The notes: generated by a model not told the origin, from the letters alone. Positions 30,901-43,745 are shown, counted from the first letter of the stretch. The stretch: 64,000 nucleotides of DNA from Syntrophales bacterium (GCA_963668175.1 OY764159.1:96001-160000), one strand, 5' to 3'. Program-made: numbers and translations.

Positions 30901-31254
30901 ACCGATGAATTTTTCGATGAATCCCTCATATTTGACAACGACCCGGGCGATCTCCCCAAAAATACGCCCCATGATGTCCTTCACCTCTTCCGGATCGAGT
31001 GTTTCGGACATCGCCGTGTATCCGGAAACATCGCAAAATAAAACAGTTACATGTTTCCGCTCGCTTTGGGTGATGATTGTGGACGGGGAGCCCGAGGATG
31101 GCGTCGGATTTTTACAGCCGCAGAAACCGCAGAACAGTGTATCCCAAGGGATCATTTCCTTGCACTGGGGACATTCCCAGGCAATCTTTGTCCCGCACTG
31201 TTCACAGAAACTTATTCCATGACGATTTTCAAACTGGCATTTTGAGCACTTCAT
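27913..31254 (-). CDS. Class III adenylate/guanylate cyclase with double zinc ribbon, AAA/STAND ATPase and TPR region
   Basis: N-terminal CxxC pairs; TVLFCDVSGYT, KFIGDAIM, GDTINVASRL; Walker A GDAGTGKS; EDLHWAD; helical repeats. Confidence 0.92.
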   Translation of the reverse strand: MKCSKCQFENRHGISFCEQCGTKIAWECPQCKEMIPWDTLFCGFCGCKNPTPSSGSPSTIITQSERKHVTVLFCDVSGYTAMSETLDPEEVKDIMGRIFGEIARVVVKYEGFIEKFIGDAIMVMFGIPKTHEDDPIRAIKAALEIHETVRNMSPSLEKRTGSSVTMHTGINTGLVVTGDINVDEGKHGILGDTINVASRLLGQARADEIIVGAETWRHAQGFFHFKKLDTAQVKGKKERIQIFKVIATKGEPTKIHRLSGLSAELVGRMAEMTVLGDALDRLKQGQGSVVSIMGDAGTGKSRLVEEFRKSSDWHDVLWRQMNAYAYAQNIPYFPIIDLMNRTWRIEEGDSRQQIKEKIESVIGTLLGERVDLIPYVGSLLSLKYAEIEEVGPEYWKVRLREAVQLILANLSQRMPTVICIEDLHWADPSTVELLGSVLSELNHTMLFICTYRPVFKFTSTFPAASSATYQDIVLHDLSPADTQIMVKSLLKTRSIPSELRDFIWDKVEGNPFYIEEVINSLIESEVLVRGNNHWLLSKPLTSINIPSTVQGVIAARLDRLEREPKRILQEASVIGRSFLYDILESITDLKEHLNGHISSLEGLDFIRTGNALESEQELIFKHALTQEVVYNGLLKKERQEIHEKIGRVMETHFHDRLPEYYEALAYHFKQGHSQLKAVYYLTKAGEKNRDRYAVDEAHQYYREAFELLLNISDRTGETDMMLMDVFLNWAVVYYHRADYNQMIDVLKRYEDFAVSLGDKKRLGMYYVWMGAAYGRLEYLREGYEYLHKALAIGEKIGDETIICYASTWLSMNCSDLGLMDEALDLGTRVHKMDLHLADKNIFRLSTAGIGYAHYFKGEPRGAYDAGLLLLDYGQSYDDMGCMVHGHTCLGISYLVQGDYPSAIDCFQKSIKAALEPVFTFTAKLMLGISYVANGQHQQAEYILHEIELFNERYGYGFVGTVAKGLNGIVQIARGNLQQGVDIVENAIDFCNVSESMYRYAMLNCVLGKIYLQIVQGGGKKDISFLTKNFWFLLKTVPLARKKAEKHLNCALRSARQIGAMSFVAQASMELGRLFHLQGKNRLAERYVREAVDIFEQTDATVFLKQSRELLASF

Positions 31255-31587
31255 CCGTGCAAAGCCTTAAATTGTCACAGAAAAACAAGATGGCCTCTTC
31301 ATTTCACTTAGGCCATCACTATAATCCGCCGAAACAATTATGTAACGTCTTGACGATTATCTTGTATAATCGAATGCTTAAATATTTTAATCCCGATTGT
31401 CAAGGTATTTCTATGCGGAGATGGAATATCGCATGTACTGCGAAAATGAAATCATGCTTGCATAGTCGTTAAGTGTACAAAGATCTTTAGAAGAATTAGT
31501 GATTTAAATGTTCGCCACCTGCCGAGAGGAACAAACACCCGATCATGACGGACATCATCCGAAGGCGTGATCTCATCTAGTCCACCC

Positions 31588-31629
31588 CGGGGCAGATGGG
31601 TCTCTTCGAGACCCATCTGCCCCGTTTTT
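31588..31629 (+). terminator. Perfect 17-bp hairpin with a plus-strand T tract
   Basis: cggggcagatgggtctc-ttc-gagacccatctgccccg-ttttt. Confidence 0.7.
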
Positions 31630-31684
31630 CCGGCGCTTCATGAAAGTCTGACGCGATATTGGGTTGGATTCAAGCCTCTATTCT

Positions 31685-33025
31685 CTAATGCTTGTTGCTC
31701 TTATGCCAGATTCCCTGTTCTTTGGCTGCCTTGATAAGATCCTCCCGCGTGTCGGGATGGGCGATGCTGATCAACATTTCCGCCCTTTCCCAGGTTGTTC
31801 TGCCTTTCAGGTTCACCATGCCATACTCCGTCACGACATATTGCACGACGGTTCTGGGGATCGTAACAATGGCGCCCGGTTCCAATTTCGGCACAATACG
31901 GGATTTGATTTCGCCGGTCTTCTTGTTCTTCTGGTTTGAGGTGAGGCAGATAAAAGCCTTCCCACCCTTGGAACTGTAGGCACCGAACGTATAATCGAAC
32001 TGGCCTCCTGTTCCGGAGATCTGTCTCATCCCGGACGATTCGGAAGCGACCTGCCCGTAAAGATCGACCTCCACGGCATTGTTGATGGCGACCATGTTGT
32101 CGTTTGTGGCAATCCTGGCTGGATTGTTCGTATAATCAACGGAATAAGTGGCACAGCAAGGATTGTGATCGAGAAAATCGTAGAGTTTCTGGGTCCCCAG
32201 GGCAAACGTATAGACCATTTTCCCCGTATTGAGCTGTTTTTTCCTGTTGGTGACGCGACCTGATTCATACATGTCCACAAAGGAATCGACCAGCATCTCC
32301 GTGTGAACGCCCAGGTCTTTCAGGTCGGATTGGGCTATCATCATCCCGACGGCGTTCGGCATGCCGCCGATGCCGAGCTGTATGACCGATTCATCATGAA
32401 GTTCGTTCATGATCAGTCTGGCAATCTTGTCGTCCTCCTCGCTGATCGGCGCGGACGGCAGGCTGAAGAGCGGTTTGTTGTCCGACTCCACAATATAATC
32501 GACTTCGGAGATGTGGATGGATTCATTGAATCCGCCATAACAGTAAGGCACACTCGTGTTGACCTCGACGATGACTTTCTTGGCGCGGTCTGCTGTCGCC
32601 TTCGATATGGAACAGGAAGGGCCGAAATTGAAATAGCCGCTGCGGTTCATCGGCGCAACCTTGACCATGAACACATCGGAATCGATGATATCCCGATAAT
32701 AGGAAGGGCCTTCATGGTAAAGCAGCGGCACATAATTGCACAACCCCTTGTCATGAAGGATCCGGTCGCCGCCGCTGAAATGCCAATTGTTGTAGCAGAA
32801 TTTTTCTCTGGAAGGATCTGCCTGGGCCACAGCGGCCAATCCGGGATAGGTGACGGCGCGCACCTTGACGTCTTTCAGTTCGTCTGCCCTCTTGGCCAGA
32901 AAAGAATCGAGATACGTCGGCGCACAGGTGAAATGACCGTAATCCACCCAATCTCCCGATTTAACGGCACCTACGGCTTGTTCTGCAGAAACCAGCTTCT
33001 TCTTGTACTCGTCTTTGAAACTCAT
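31685..33025 (-). CDS. Butyryl-CoA:acetate CoA-transferase-like (acetyl-CoA hydrolase/transferase family)
   Basis: [37 protein letters not shown]. Confidence 0.88.
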   Translation of the reverse strand: MSFKDEYKKKLVSAEQAVGAVKSGDWVDYGHFTCAPTYLDSFLAKRADELKDVKVRAVTYPGLAAVAQADPSREKFCYNNWHFSGGDRILHDKGLCNYVPLLYHEGPSYYRDIIDSDVFMVKVAPMNRSGYFNFGPSCSISKATADRAKKVIVEVNTSVPYCYGGFNESIHISEVDYIVESDNKPLFSLPSAPISEEDDKIARLIMNELHDESVIQLGIGGMPNAVGMMIAQSDLKDLGVHTEMLVDSFVDMYESGRVTNRKKQLNTGKMVYTFALGTQKLYDFLDHNPCCATYSVDYTNNPARIATNDNMVAINNAVEVDLYGQVASESSGMRQISGTGGQFDYTFGAYSSKGGKAFICLTSNQKNKKTGEIKSRIVPKLEPGAIVTIPRTVVQYVVTEYGMVNLKGRTTWERAEMLISIAHPDTREDLIKAAKEQGIWHKSNKH

Positions 33026-33050
33026 ACAACGTCCTCCTTCTATGATTTAT

Positions 33051-34307
33051 TCAGATCATTTCCAAGACGCAGGCCATGGACACACCACCGCCGCCGCATA
33101 ACGTCGCCAGCCCCAGGGTCTTTCCTCTCTTCTTCATCGCCGAAAGCAAGGTCACCATAATCCGGCAGCCTGTCGATCCCACGGGATGGCCCAGGCCGAT
33201 CCCCGAACCGTTCACGTTGGTGATCTCGCGGTTCAGCCCCAGTTCCTTTTCCACGCCCAGGTACTGGGCGGCGAAGGCCTCGTTCACTTCCAGAAGCTCG
33301 AAATCGGATATTTTCAGTCCCGACCGGCTCATGACCGACCGTACCGCCGGCGCCGGACTGACTCCCATAACGGACGGATGGCATCCGCCGTAACCCACGG
33401 CCTTAATCCGCGCCACAGGCGTAGCGCCGAGTTCCTTCGCCTTTTCCGCCGACATGAGCACCATGCCGCTCGAACCGTCGTTGATCCCGGACGAATTGCC
33501 CGCCGTCACTTTCCCAACTTTCGGAATGAAGGCCGGGGGCAGCGCGGCCAGTTTTTCCATCGTCAGTCCCGGTATAAAGTGCTCATCCTTGTCGAACATC
33601 ACCGGCGGTTTCCCCTTTTTCTGCGGGACTTCGACCGGAACAATCTCCTCCCGGAACGATCCGTCCGCTGTCGCCCTCTCGGCGCTGTTATGGCTCCGGA
33701 GCGCCACCGCATCCATCTCTTCCCGGCTGATGTTGTACATCTGGGCAACGAATTCCGCCGTCTGTCCCATGATATAGGGCTTACCCTTACAGAGATCGAT
33801 CGGCATCCCTTCCTTCAAAGGCCCCTTCTCCGGACCCGGCTGCAGCTTTGAGCCGCAGTACAGGGCCTCGATCATCATGTCGTCGAAGCTCTGGCTCTGG
33901 AGGCGGCAGCCCCAACGCGCACCGGCGGATGCATAAGCAACGCCGGACATGTGCTCCACGCCGCCGGCAAGAATAACGTCGGCGAGGCCGGCCTGGATCA
34001 TCGCCATTCCCGAAACGACCGCCTCCATTCCCGATATGCAGACACGGTTGATCGTCACCGCCGTGGCCGTATCCGGAATTCCCGCCTCCAGGGCCGCCAC
34101 GCGGGCGATATTCAAGGCGTTGTAGGGCTCAAGGCAGCAACCGTAACGAACGTCGTTAATCGCTTCCACCGGAATCCCCGATCTCCTGACCGCCTCTTTC
34201 ATCGTCGTCGCGGCAATCTTGTAAGCGTGGACGTCTTTCAACGTTCCGCCGAAGGAACCGACCGCCGTTCGACAGGCTGAAACAATAACCACATCTTTCG
34301 TTTTCAT
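33051..34307 (-). CDS. Acetyl-CoA C-acyltransferase (thiolase)
   Basis: NRVCISG, NEAF, GHPVG, LCGGGG; start placed at MKTKDVV after a GGAGGGGAG RBS. Confidence 0.95.
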   Translation of the reverse strand: MKTKDVVIVSACRTAVGSFGGTLKDVHAYKIAATTMKEAVRRSGIPVEAINDVRYGCCLEPYNALNIARVAALEAGIPDTATAVTINRVCISGMEAVVSGMAMIQAGLADVILAGGVEHMSGVAYASAGARWGCRLQSQSFDDMMIEALYCGSKLQPGPEKGPLKEGMPIDLCKGKPYIMGQTAEFVAQMYNISREEMDAVALRSHNSAERATADGSFREEIVPVEVPQKKGKPPVMFDKDEHFIPGLTMEKLAALPPAFIPKVGKVTAGNSSGINDGSSGMVLMSAEKAKELGATPVARIKAVGYGGCHPSVMGVSPAPAVRSVMSRSGLKISDFELLEVNEAFAAQYLGVEKELGLNREITNVNGSGIGLGHPVGSTGCRIMVTLLSAMKKRGKTLGLATLCGGGGVSMACVLEMI

Positions 34308-34863
34308 CTTCTCCCCTCCCAGGTTTTCATGGATTGGCACCATACGGATAACGCATGGATGCACGTTTTCCGTTCTATAGGCTACAGACCGCAGTATTCG
34401 ACTACATGCGACGACATCGCCGCAATGATTCGATACTACTGTCTATTTTCCTATACTGACACGATGTGCTTCGCGATGCGCGTTTTCAGAACACGAAGAT
34501 ACAAAATCTATTCTGTAATGAAGAAATAAGACTGGTAAGGTTCCTCTTTCTCGACACTTTACGGGACAGCCGTGAAGCCGGAGCAACAAGGTGTTGTCTC
34601 TCGCATATTGGAACCTGTATATTCAGCGAAAATCATTAATCCGGAGAGGGGACTGGGGGTATGGCGTCTCCGGTTCCTGCAAAACGGCAACGACCGCCGC
34701 ACACACGGCCCCTCTGATTCCTATGTCTTGGTGTATGGAGTTCAGCGATTCGAGATGAAGGCGAATACGGGGCAATTTTCCCGTAACGCCTTTACATTAT
34801 AAAGGAAACATCTATCCAAATCAATACAATAAAGATGCATAGCGATTATATATAATATCTATA

Positions 34864-36540
34864 CTATGGAAGTGAGCCCAGATACGATTGCAAGTTGATT
34901 TTCTTATTGTTTATACCTAGTTTACTTCGAACGTGGTTGCGGTGGAGGGACACCGCTCCCGCACATATCCCCATCATTTCGGCAATTTCCTTCGTCGTCC
35001 TGCCTTCCTTGACCAGGTTGGCCACCTGCAGTTCTTTGGGTGTAAGATTGAGATGCCTCGAAGAGAGACGATGCGTGAACGATGACATGATATTCGTCAG
35101 ATTAGATTCCAGAATATTCACGAAGGACATATCCCGCTTGCCGATGCGGCCCTGCTTCAATTTCTCGATGTAAGGCAGCACCAGGCCCTTCACATTGGAG
35201 AGGACTTTCTCTTCCAATTCGGATTTATCTTCTTCGCGTTGCTTGAGAAGGACTTTCAACGCCGTATTCACTTCTTCCAGGTTGCGGGACTTCATCTGGA
35301 CTTCCCTCTCCCTCTTCCTTAGAGCCGTCTCGGACCGTTTCTGCTCCGTAATGTCGGCGAAAGAGGCCACGCTTTTCCTGGTTCCGGGAATAAGGGCGAT
35401 GGTGATGATGACGTTCCTGATATGGTTCTGCTTGTCAAGAAAAAGGAATTCGTAATTCCTGGGAACTCCCAAGGGATCGAGCCTTCTCTTTTTGTGGTAA
35501 CCGAGCATTCGCGTCAAATCTTTCTTGGTTACGAATTCCGTCCATTTGCGCTTCCCTTCCCAGTAGTCCCGGGGCGCCCCGGAAAGCCGCTCGAATTCCG
35601 TATTGACAAGGGAGAGCGTCATATCATCTTCAATAATGATCGTCGCGGTGCCTGTTGTTTCGAAGATCGTCCGATAAAGATTTTCCGATTCGCGAAGTTT
35701 ATATTCGGCCAATTTATGTTCGGTAACATCGGCAAAAGAAGCCACGCTTTTCCTTGTGCCCGGGATCATGCCTACGGTCAAATTCATGACCCGTATGCGG
35801 CCCCGGCTGTCGATAAAACCAAACTCGTAGTTTCTGGGGGCGGCATCGGGATTGATTCTTCTCAAGCCATGATAGGACTTCATCCGCTCAACATCCTTTG
35901 GGGCCACAAAATCGGTCCAGCTCCTCCTTCCTTCCCATTCGGCTTTGAAGTAGCCGGACATCTTGACGAATTCATTATTGACAAGGGATATGGTCGTATC
36001 TTCTTCGATGATGATAGTCGCCGTACCCGTAGTTTCAAAAATGGCGCGGTACAGATTCTCCGATTCACGAAGACGTTCTTCCGCCAGCTTGTGTTCGGTG
36101 ATGTCCATACAGTTGCCCAAGATGGCAGGCTGCCCGCCGTAGGATATGGACGTCACGGTCTCCATGACCCAGCGGATGTCGCCCCGTTTGGTCATGATTC
36201 GAAAAATATGCGGAACGGTCCTTGTGCCCCGCAACATGTCCCTGGCATTTTTCTTTACGATCTCTTTATCATCGGGATGAATGACACAATCGGATTTTCC
36301 TCCGATCAATTCGGAAAGCTCAAAGCCGGCATAGGAGGCCGCCTTGGCATTGACGTTGCAAAACGACCCGTTCTGAACGACATAAATCCCGGCAAACGAT
36401 TTCTGGGAAATCGTCTTGTAGATCTCCTCGCTTTCCCCAAGCTTCTCTTCGATAACCTTGAAACGCTCTATCCTTTTTTCCAGTTCCCCGATTTTCCGCT
36501 GCAATTGCCGAATGTTCGCTTCCTGATTCATCGATATCAC
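34864..36540 (-). CDS. Multi-PAS sensor with C-terminal LuxR HTH
   Basis: Three PAS/PAC units (IHPDD...DITEHK) and LTPKELQVANLVKEGRTTKEIA...HRNHVRSKLG. Confidence 0.92.
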   Translation of the reverse strand: MISMNQEANIRQLQRKIGELEKRIERFKVIEEKLGESEEIYKTISQKSFAGIYVVQNGSFCNVNAKAASYAGFELSELIGGKSDCVIHPDDKEIVKKNARDMLRGTRTVPHIFRIMTKRGDIRWVMETVTSISYGGQPAILGNCMDITEHKLAEERLRESENLYRAIFETTGTATIIIEEDTTISLVNNEFVKMSGYFKAEWEGRRSWTDFVAPKDVERMKSYHGLRRINPDAAPRNYEFGFIDSRGRIRVMNLTVGMIPGTRKSVASFADVTEHKLAEYKLRESENLYRTIFETTGTATIIIEDDMTLSLVNTEFERLSGAPRDYWEGKRKWTEFVTKKDLTRMLGYHKKRRLDPLGVPRNYEFLFLDKQNHIRNVIITIALIPGTRKSVASFADITEQKRSETALRKREREVQMKSRNLEEVNTALKVLLKQREEDKSELEEKVLSNVKGLVLPYIEKLKQGRIGKRDMSFVNILESNLTNIMSSFTHRLSSRHLNLTPKELQVANLVKEGRTTKEIAEMMGICAGAVSLHRNHVRSKLGINNKKINLQSYLGSLP

Positions 36541-36955
36541 CTATGTCATCAATCCTGTCTGTTCACCATACTCTCGACAACAAGGTACTCGTACCGGACC
36601 GGTGGGCGATCCTTCATATCATGGAGACGATTCGATTAAAAACGTGTATCCTCTCGGCTCCTTTCCGCCCGGGCAGCATGATCCACAATTTCTTCGGTAA
36701 CGAATAATTACACGCTTTTAATCTGCGGCGCAAGAAAGTTCGGCGCTTTCGTTCGACCTCGCGGATTGACATATTACCAGGATGCACAAGCAGAAAACGA
36801 ACATACCGGCGTACCGGGCCGCTCACTTCGCCTTTGACTCGGTTATGCAAAGGGAATAAGGTGAATCTCATGATTGTCGGTTTTTCCACCCGCGGATTTT
36901 GCGAGACGGCTCAAACGGCAATGAAAGCTGCAGGGAGCGCAAAGGGGTCCATAAA

Positions 36956-37753
36956 ATGTTCTCACGGATGAATAGAACCATCAGGCGCTTCATCGACTCC
37001 ATGAAAAACAGCGGAACCCTGGAAGAGGACGCTGGTCTTTACTGGAATATGAGTGCCAGGGACGAAAGGGTACAGGACCAGTCCCATTGGTGCGGCGCTC
37101 AAAGATGGACGGAAAACCGGTGGCTCCGGTACGGCGACGACTATTTCGATCTGATCCGGCAACTCCTCGAACGTTTTGCCCCAGGCAATTACATGGACGA
37201 CCTCGCTCAGAAGACGGCGCTGGAATGGGGATGCGGAGGCGGAGCGATTGCAGGACCGCTGTGTAAAAACTTCTTCAGGGTTTATGGCATCGATATTTCC
37301 CGCGCCTCCCTTGACGAATGCGAGAGACGGATGCAGAAACTCGGCCATGAGAATTTCATTAAGGTCCCCTTCCCTGCACAGAACCCGGAACACGTTTTGC
37401 TGGACGTGGCAAGTGCGTCAGTCGATTTCATCGTCTCCGTAAGCGTCTTCCAGCACTTTCCCTCCAAACCTTATACACGGCGTGTCCTCGGCGTTATGGA
37501 AAAGATTCTTAAGGATGGAGGCCATGGTCTGCTTCAGGTGAGATATGACGACGGGTCGCCGAAGCTCCGCCAAAAGGACAGGGACTATGCCCGAAACGTG
37601 ATCTATATGACGTCCTTCACGCCGGAGGAATTTACCAAACAGCTGCAGGAAACCGGCTTCCGCGTCCTCGCACGGGAACGCGATATAGACGGCCGTACTG
37701 AACATCACGACTATTATCTTGTGAGAAAACAAGCGGGCTTCGACGCATTATGA
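36956..37753 (+). CDS. Class I SAM-dependent methyltransferase
   Basis: ALEWGCGGG motif I, YGIDIS, VFQHFP, LKDGG; start uncertain. Confidence 0.85.
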   Translation: MFSRMNRTIRRFIDSMKNSGTLEEDAGLYWNMSARDERVQDQSHWCGAQRWTENRWLRYGDDYFDLIRQLLERFAPGNYMDDLAQKTALEWGCGGGAIAGPLCKNFFRVYGIDISRASLDECERRMQKLGHENFIKVPFPAQNPEHVLLDVASASVDFIVSVSVFQHFPSKPYTRRVLGVMEKILKDGGHGLLQVRYDDGSPKLRQKDRDYARNVIYMTSFTPEEFTKQLQETGFRVLARERDIDGRTEHHDYYLVRKQAGFDAL

Positions 37754-37816
37754 TTCAATCCGTCCGGCAGCGATACTTTCGTATCTCTTTCCAATCGCAG
37801 CAGATAAAATCCACTA

Positions 37817-38815
37817 TCAGACAGTCTTCAAAAGCCTGTGCACGCCGCGCTCCGCCTCTCCGGCCTGCCTCAGCAACGCGGCAATATGTCCTAAATCAAT
37901 TGCACCCTCCCTCGCTTTGAAGGTCCGGGCGCAAACCAGGGCGAACTGCCGCCACAAGTGGCCGCACTCCATCATCTGCCGGGACGCTTCCTGAAGAACC
38001 GGCAGTTCCAGGCGCGTATAGGCCTCCTGAAGGAAGGCGGCATACATATAACGGAACCCGCCGCCGCCGCTGCCCGTTTCTTCCTGCATTTGCGCGATAT
38101 GCCCTAGAAGGAAGCGGATATATTTTTCATCCCGCCGGCCTTTGAGTTTCTCCAGGTATTTGGCGAGATAAAAGATGCCCCTGACGCCGCAGGGCGGGGG
38201 CGCGCCGAGCATGGTCCTGGACGTCTTCCTGATCGCTTTTAAAATCAATGGATCGATGTCGACCTTCTCCGGAATGTACGTTGGATAGTAGACAAAGCCT
38301 TTGGGGGCCATAACGCCCTTGGCAAACCGCGCATTCTGTAAATCCCGGGGCGCTATCCTGCTGGGCTGTTCCAGGAATATGTCGCCGACCCAGTAATCCC
38401 CGTTCTCTTTGCCGAAGGCAATGATATTATGGGCGTTAAACTGGACACGCATCTCCTGCGGTATGAAGGGAAGCCAGAAGAGGGATGCCTGCAGCCCGAC
38501 GATCTTCTTCTCCCTCATCATCTCGTCCAGTTCCTTCATGGCCCTGGCTTCGTCCTTATAGCTTCTCGTCTCGAACCTAACCCCAAGCTGCTTCTGGATA
38601 CCCCGGATGATGGACTTGGGCATAATCCGGTAGGCCACCACGGGCATCCCGCCCATCATCTTGACGAATGGCAGAAAGGCAAACATCAGCCCGCTGGTCA
38701 AACCGAAGATCATCGGTTCGGATATCTCCAACCCATGATGCCTCAGAAGGGTCGCCACAACTCCGGTTTCACAGTGGGCATAAAGCCTGTGTTCATACGT
38801 GTCTTTGATTATCAA
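37817..38815 (-). CDS. BtrH N-terminal / DUF4872 family protein (papain-like Cys-His fold)
   Basis: AHCETG, FNAHNII, QEETGSGGGGFRYMYAAFL; TTG start. Confidence 0.8.
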   Translation of the reverse strand: MIIKDTYEHRLYAHCETGVVATLLRHHGLEISEPMIFGLTSGLMFAFLPFVKMMGGMPVVAYRIMPKSIIRGIQKQLGVRFETRSYKDEARAMKELDEMMREKKIVGLQASLFWLPFIPQEMRVQFNAHNIIAFGKENGDYWVGDIFLEQPSRIAPRDLQNARFAKGVMAPKGFVYYPTYIPEKVDIDPLILKAIRKTSRTMLGAPPPCGVRGIFYLAKYLEKLKGRRDEKYIRFLLGHIAQMQEETGSGGGGFRYMYAAFLQEAYTRLELPVLQEASRQMMECGHLWRQFALVCARTFKAREGAIDLGHIAALLRQAGEAERGVHRLLKTV

Positions 38816-39229
38816 TCATTCACCTTCCTTGAAATGGATTAAATCATCGGCGCTTATATTGAAGATCCTGGCGTACGCCTCGATCGTCCCCTCGTCCAGT
38901 TTCCCGAAGACCGCCGGCTTGAAGTGACGCTTCACCCGCCACGCGGCAATGCCCATGGCCTGGCCGAGACCGGCCGGGTCGAGAAGGCTTTTATACATGA
39001 AATATTCGATGGGCGACGCTTCGCCGGCAAGAACGCGCTTTCTGGCCTCTGCGGCCTTCTCGTGAAATGAGTCGGATAAACGGTACGATATGATAAATTC
39101 CCGGTCTTCCCTCTCCAGGGTCGTCGTATATTTTCCCTGCTCATCGACCGTGTAAATCACATAAGCCGCTTTTTTCCAGCGCTCGTCCCGCGGCGGTTCC
39201 TGTGTTTTGTCTTTATCCTCTGTTTTCAC
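38816..39229 (-). CDS. Hypothetical protein with HTH-like C-terminus
   Basis: GTG start after AGAGGA; SPIEYFM and WRVKRHFKP motifs; tightly coupled to both neighbours. Confidence 0.7.
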   Translation of the reverse strand: MKTEDKDKTQEPPRDERWKKAAYVIYTVDEQGKYTTTLEREDREFIISYRLSDSFHEKAAEARKRVLAGEASPIEYFMYKSLLDPAGLGQAMGIAAWRVKRHFKPAVFGKLDEGTIEAYARIFNISADDLIHFKEGE

Positions 39230-39815
39230 TCTTCTTCCTCTCTGCAAGTGCAGCAATATTCGTGCGGTGGTTCCATACGATAAACATCGCCGTAACGGCT
39301 ACACCGGCAATCACAACCGGCGTATGGCCGAAGGCAATCACAGTCCCGACGGCAAGAAAAACGACCATATAAAGGGAAGCCACGAAGGGGACGCGGAAGA
39401 TGGCATAGGACATTACCCAGACAAAACAGGATGTAACGGCTATCAAAGGCGACAGGGCCGCCGTATAACCGATATAGCCGGCCACGCCTTTCCCTCCTTT
39501 GAATCCGTGGAAGCAAGGGTAGCGGTTACCCGCAATAAGGCAAAGGCCGACCCACGGAACCATGGATTTGTCCAGGAGATCGAGGGCAATGAGACCCGCC
39601 AGCAGCGCCCTGCCGACATCAAGGAACAAGACGACGCCGGCCCAATATGAACCCGCCAGACGATAGACATTCGTCGCCCCGGCATTGCCGCTGAATCGGG
39701 TCCGGGGATCGCCCTTGCCGAGAAAGCGGAGGATCAAGATCGCGAAATTCAGCGAGCCGGCGATGTAGACCGCCAAACAAACCATGACCGGAAGCAGAAT
39801 CAAGACGCACCCCAT
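39213..39815 (-). CDS. plsY: Glycerol-3-phosphate acyltransferase PlsY-like
   Basis: SGNAGATN, FKGGKGVA, HRTNI motifs; multiple TM segments. Confidence 0.82.
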   Translation of the reverse strand: MGCVLILLPVMVCLAVYIAGSLNFAILILRFLGKGDPRTRFSGNAGATNVYRLAGSYWAGVVLFLDVGRALLAGLIALDLLDKSMVPWVGLCLIAGNRYPCFHGFKGGKGVAGYIGYTAALSPLIAVTSCFVWVMSYAIFRVPFVASLYMVVFLAVGTVIAFGHTPVVIAGVAVTAMFIVWNHRTNIAALAERKKSENRG

Positions 39816-40016
39816 TTGTGAAATTCACATTAATGTTTAACTATACCATGAGTCACGACGCTTGAAAAGCCATGTCCGCAGTCGTGCTCAAATGAAGCCC
39901 TTTATACGTGCATTCGACAATCAGCGATAACGGGGCCGTTCTTCCGAACAGCGTTGATAATCCGCCGGCAATCATGTATTGTTTAGTGTAAGCGAATCCC
40001 CCGGAGAATAACCGTC

Positions 40017-41297
40017 ATGCGGTTCCGATACGGCCTCGATGAACGACCGCCCCTGCGCGACACGATCCTTTACGGCATCCAGTGGTTCGCCGTGACCATC
40101 CCCGTCATTATTATTCTCGGCAAGATTACGGGAAGTTTCCATTTTTCCGATATCGGCGAACAGATGGTCTATTTGCAGAAACTTATCTTCGTCATGGCTG
40201 CGGCCCTTCTGGGGCAAATATTCTTCGGGCACCGGATGCCCCTGATCATCGGCCCTTCATCCATCCTCCTCATCGGCATCATCGTCAGCACCGGCCATCC
40301 CGCGGATACCGTTTACTCCGCTATATTTTACGGAGGGATTCTGTTAACCGCGCTGAGCGCAACCGGACGGCTCGGCTATTTGAGGAAACTCTTTCCCGCC
40401 CGTGTGGTCGCCGTCGTCCTCTTCCTCATCGCCTTCACCCTGTCGCCGACGATCCTGAAATTAACACTGGAAGACGCCTCGGGCGCCGGCCGTTTGACCT
40501 GTTTTATTTTTACCTTCGTCTTTGTCTTCGCCATGTTTGCCATGCAGAAGATTCTTTCGGGCATCTGGAAATCGACGCTCATCGTCTGGATGATGGCGGC
40601 CGGAACGACAGTTTGGTTCCTGATGATACCTGGCAGCTTAAGGATAGAAAACATCGCCTCCGCAAAGCCGTTCGCCCTGTTCTTTCAAAACCTGACGTCG
40701 CACTTTACCGCCGACCCCGGCATCCTCATCTCGTTCCTTATCTGCTTTATCGCCCTCTTCATCAACGATCTCGGCTCCATCCAGGCCATGAACGGGCTGT
40801 TGCAGCCCGACGACCCCAACGGAAGGATTAATCGCGGTGTTTTCATCACGGGATTGTCCAACGTGGCATCTGGGCTTCTGGGGGTTATCGGTCCCGTCAA
40901 TTTCTCCCTGAGCCCCGGAGTCATTACGGCAACGGGCTGCGCTTCGCGCTTCACCATGATACCGACAGCGCTCATCCTGATGCTGCTTTCGTTCTCGCCG
41001 GCGGCCATCGCCTTCATCGGCAACGTTCCATCCATCGTCATCGGCGGCATCCTCATCTATGTCCTGACAGCCCAGATCGCCGCCGGTCTCACGGTGGCCT
41101 TCGAAGCAGCCGAATCTTTCACGCTCATAGACGGATTCGTCATCGGCCTTCCCCTGCTTCTGGGCACTGTCGTTGCTTTCCAGCAACCTTCGACGCTGCA
41201 GGCCTATCCTGCAATCCTGAGACCTATTCTCGGCAACGGATTTGTGGTCGGCGTTATTGCGGCGCTTATTCTCGAACACGGCCTTCTCAGACGCTGA
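40017..41297 (+). CDS. Xanthine/uracil permease (NCS2 family)
   Basis: YGLDERPP, GHRMPLIIGPS, SPGVITATGCASR; many hydrophobic helices. Confidence 0.85.
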   Translation: MRFRYGLDERPPLRDTILYGIQWFAVTIPVIIILGKITGSFHFSDIGEQMVYLQKLIFVMAAALLGQIFFGHRMPLIIGPSSILLIGIIVSTGHPADTVYSAIFYGGILLTALSATGRLGYLRKLFPARVVAVVLFLIAFTLSPTILKLTLEDASGAGRLTCFIFTFVFVFAMFAMQKILSGIWKSTLIVWMMAAGTTVWFLMIPGSLRIENIASAKPFALFFQNLTSHFTADPGILISFLICFIALFINDLGSIQAMNGLLQPDDPNGRINRGVFITGLSNVASGLLGVIGPVNFSLSPGVITATGCASRFTMIPTALILMLLSFSPAAIAFIGNVPSIVIGGILIYVLTAQIAAGLTVAFEAAESFTLIDGFVIGLPLLLGTVVAFQQPSTLQAYPAILRPILGNGFVVGVIAALILEHGLLRR

Positions 41298-41315
41298 AGG
41301 ACCGAACGCCCCTCT

Positions 41316-43745
<2,430 letters not shown>

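Noticed and set aside
27913..31254. Cyclase-STAND-TPR protein as an antiphage NLR-like system
   Set aside because: This architecture is widespread as a signalling protein and no defence-associated genes flank it.
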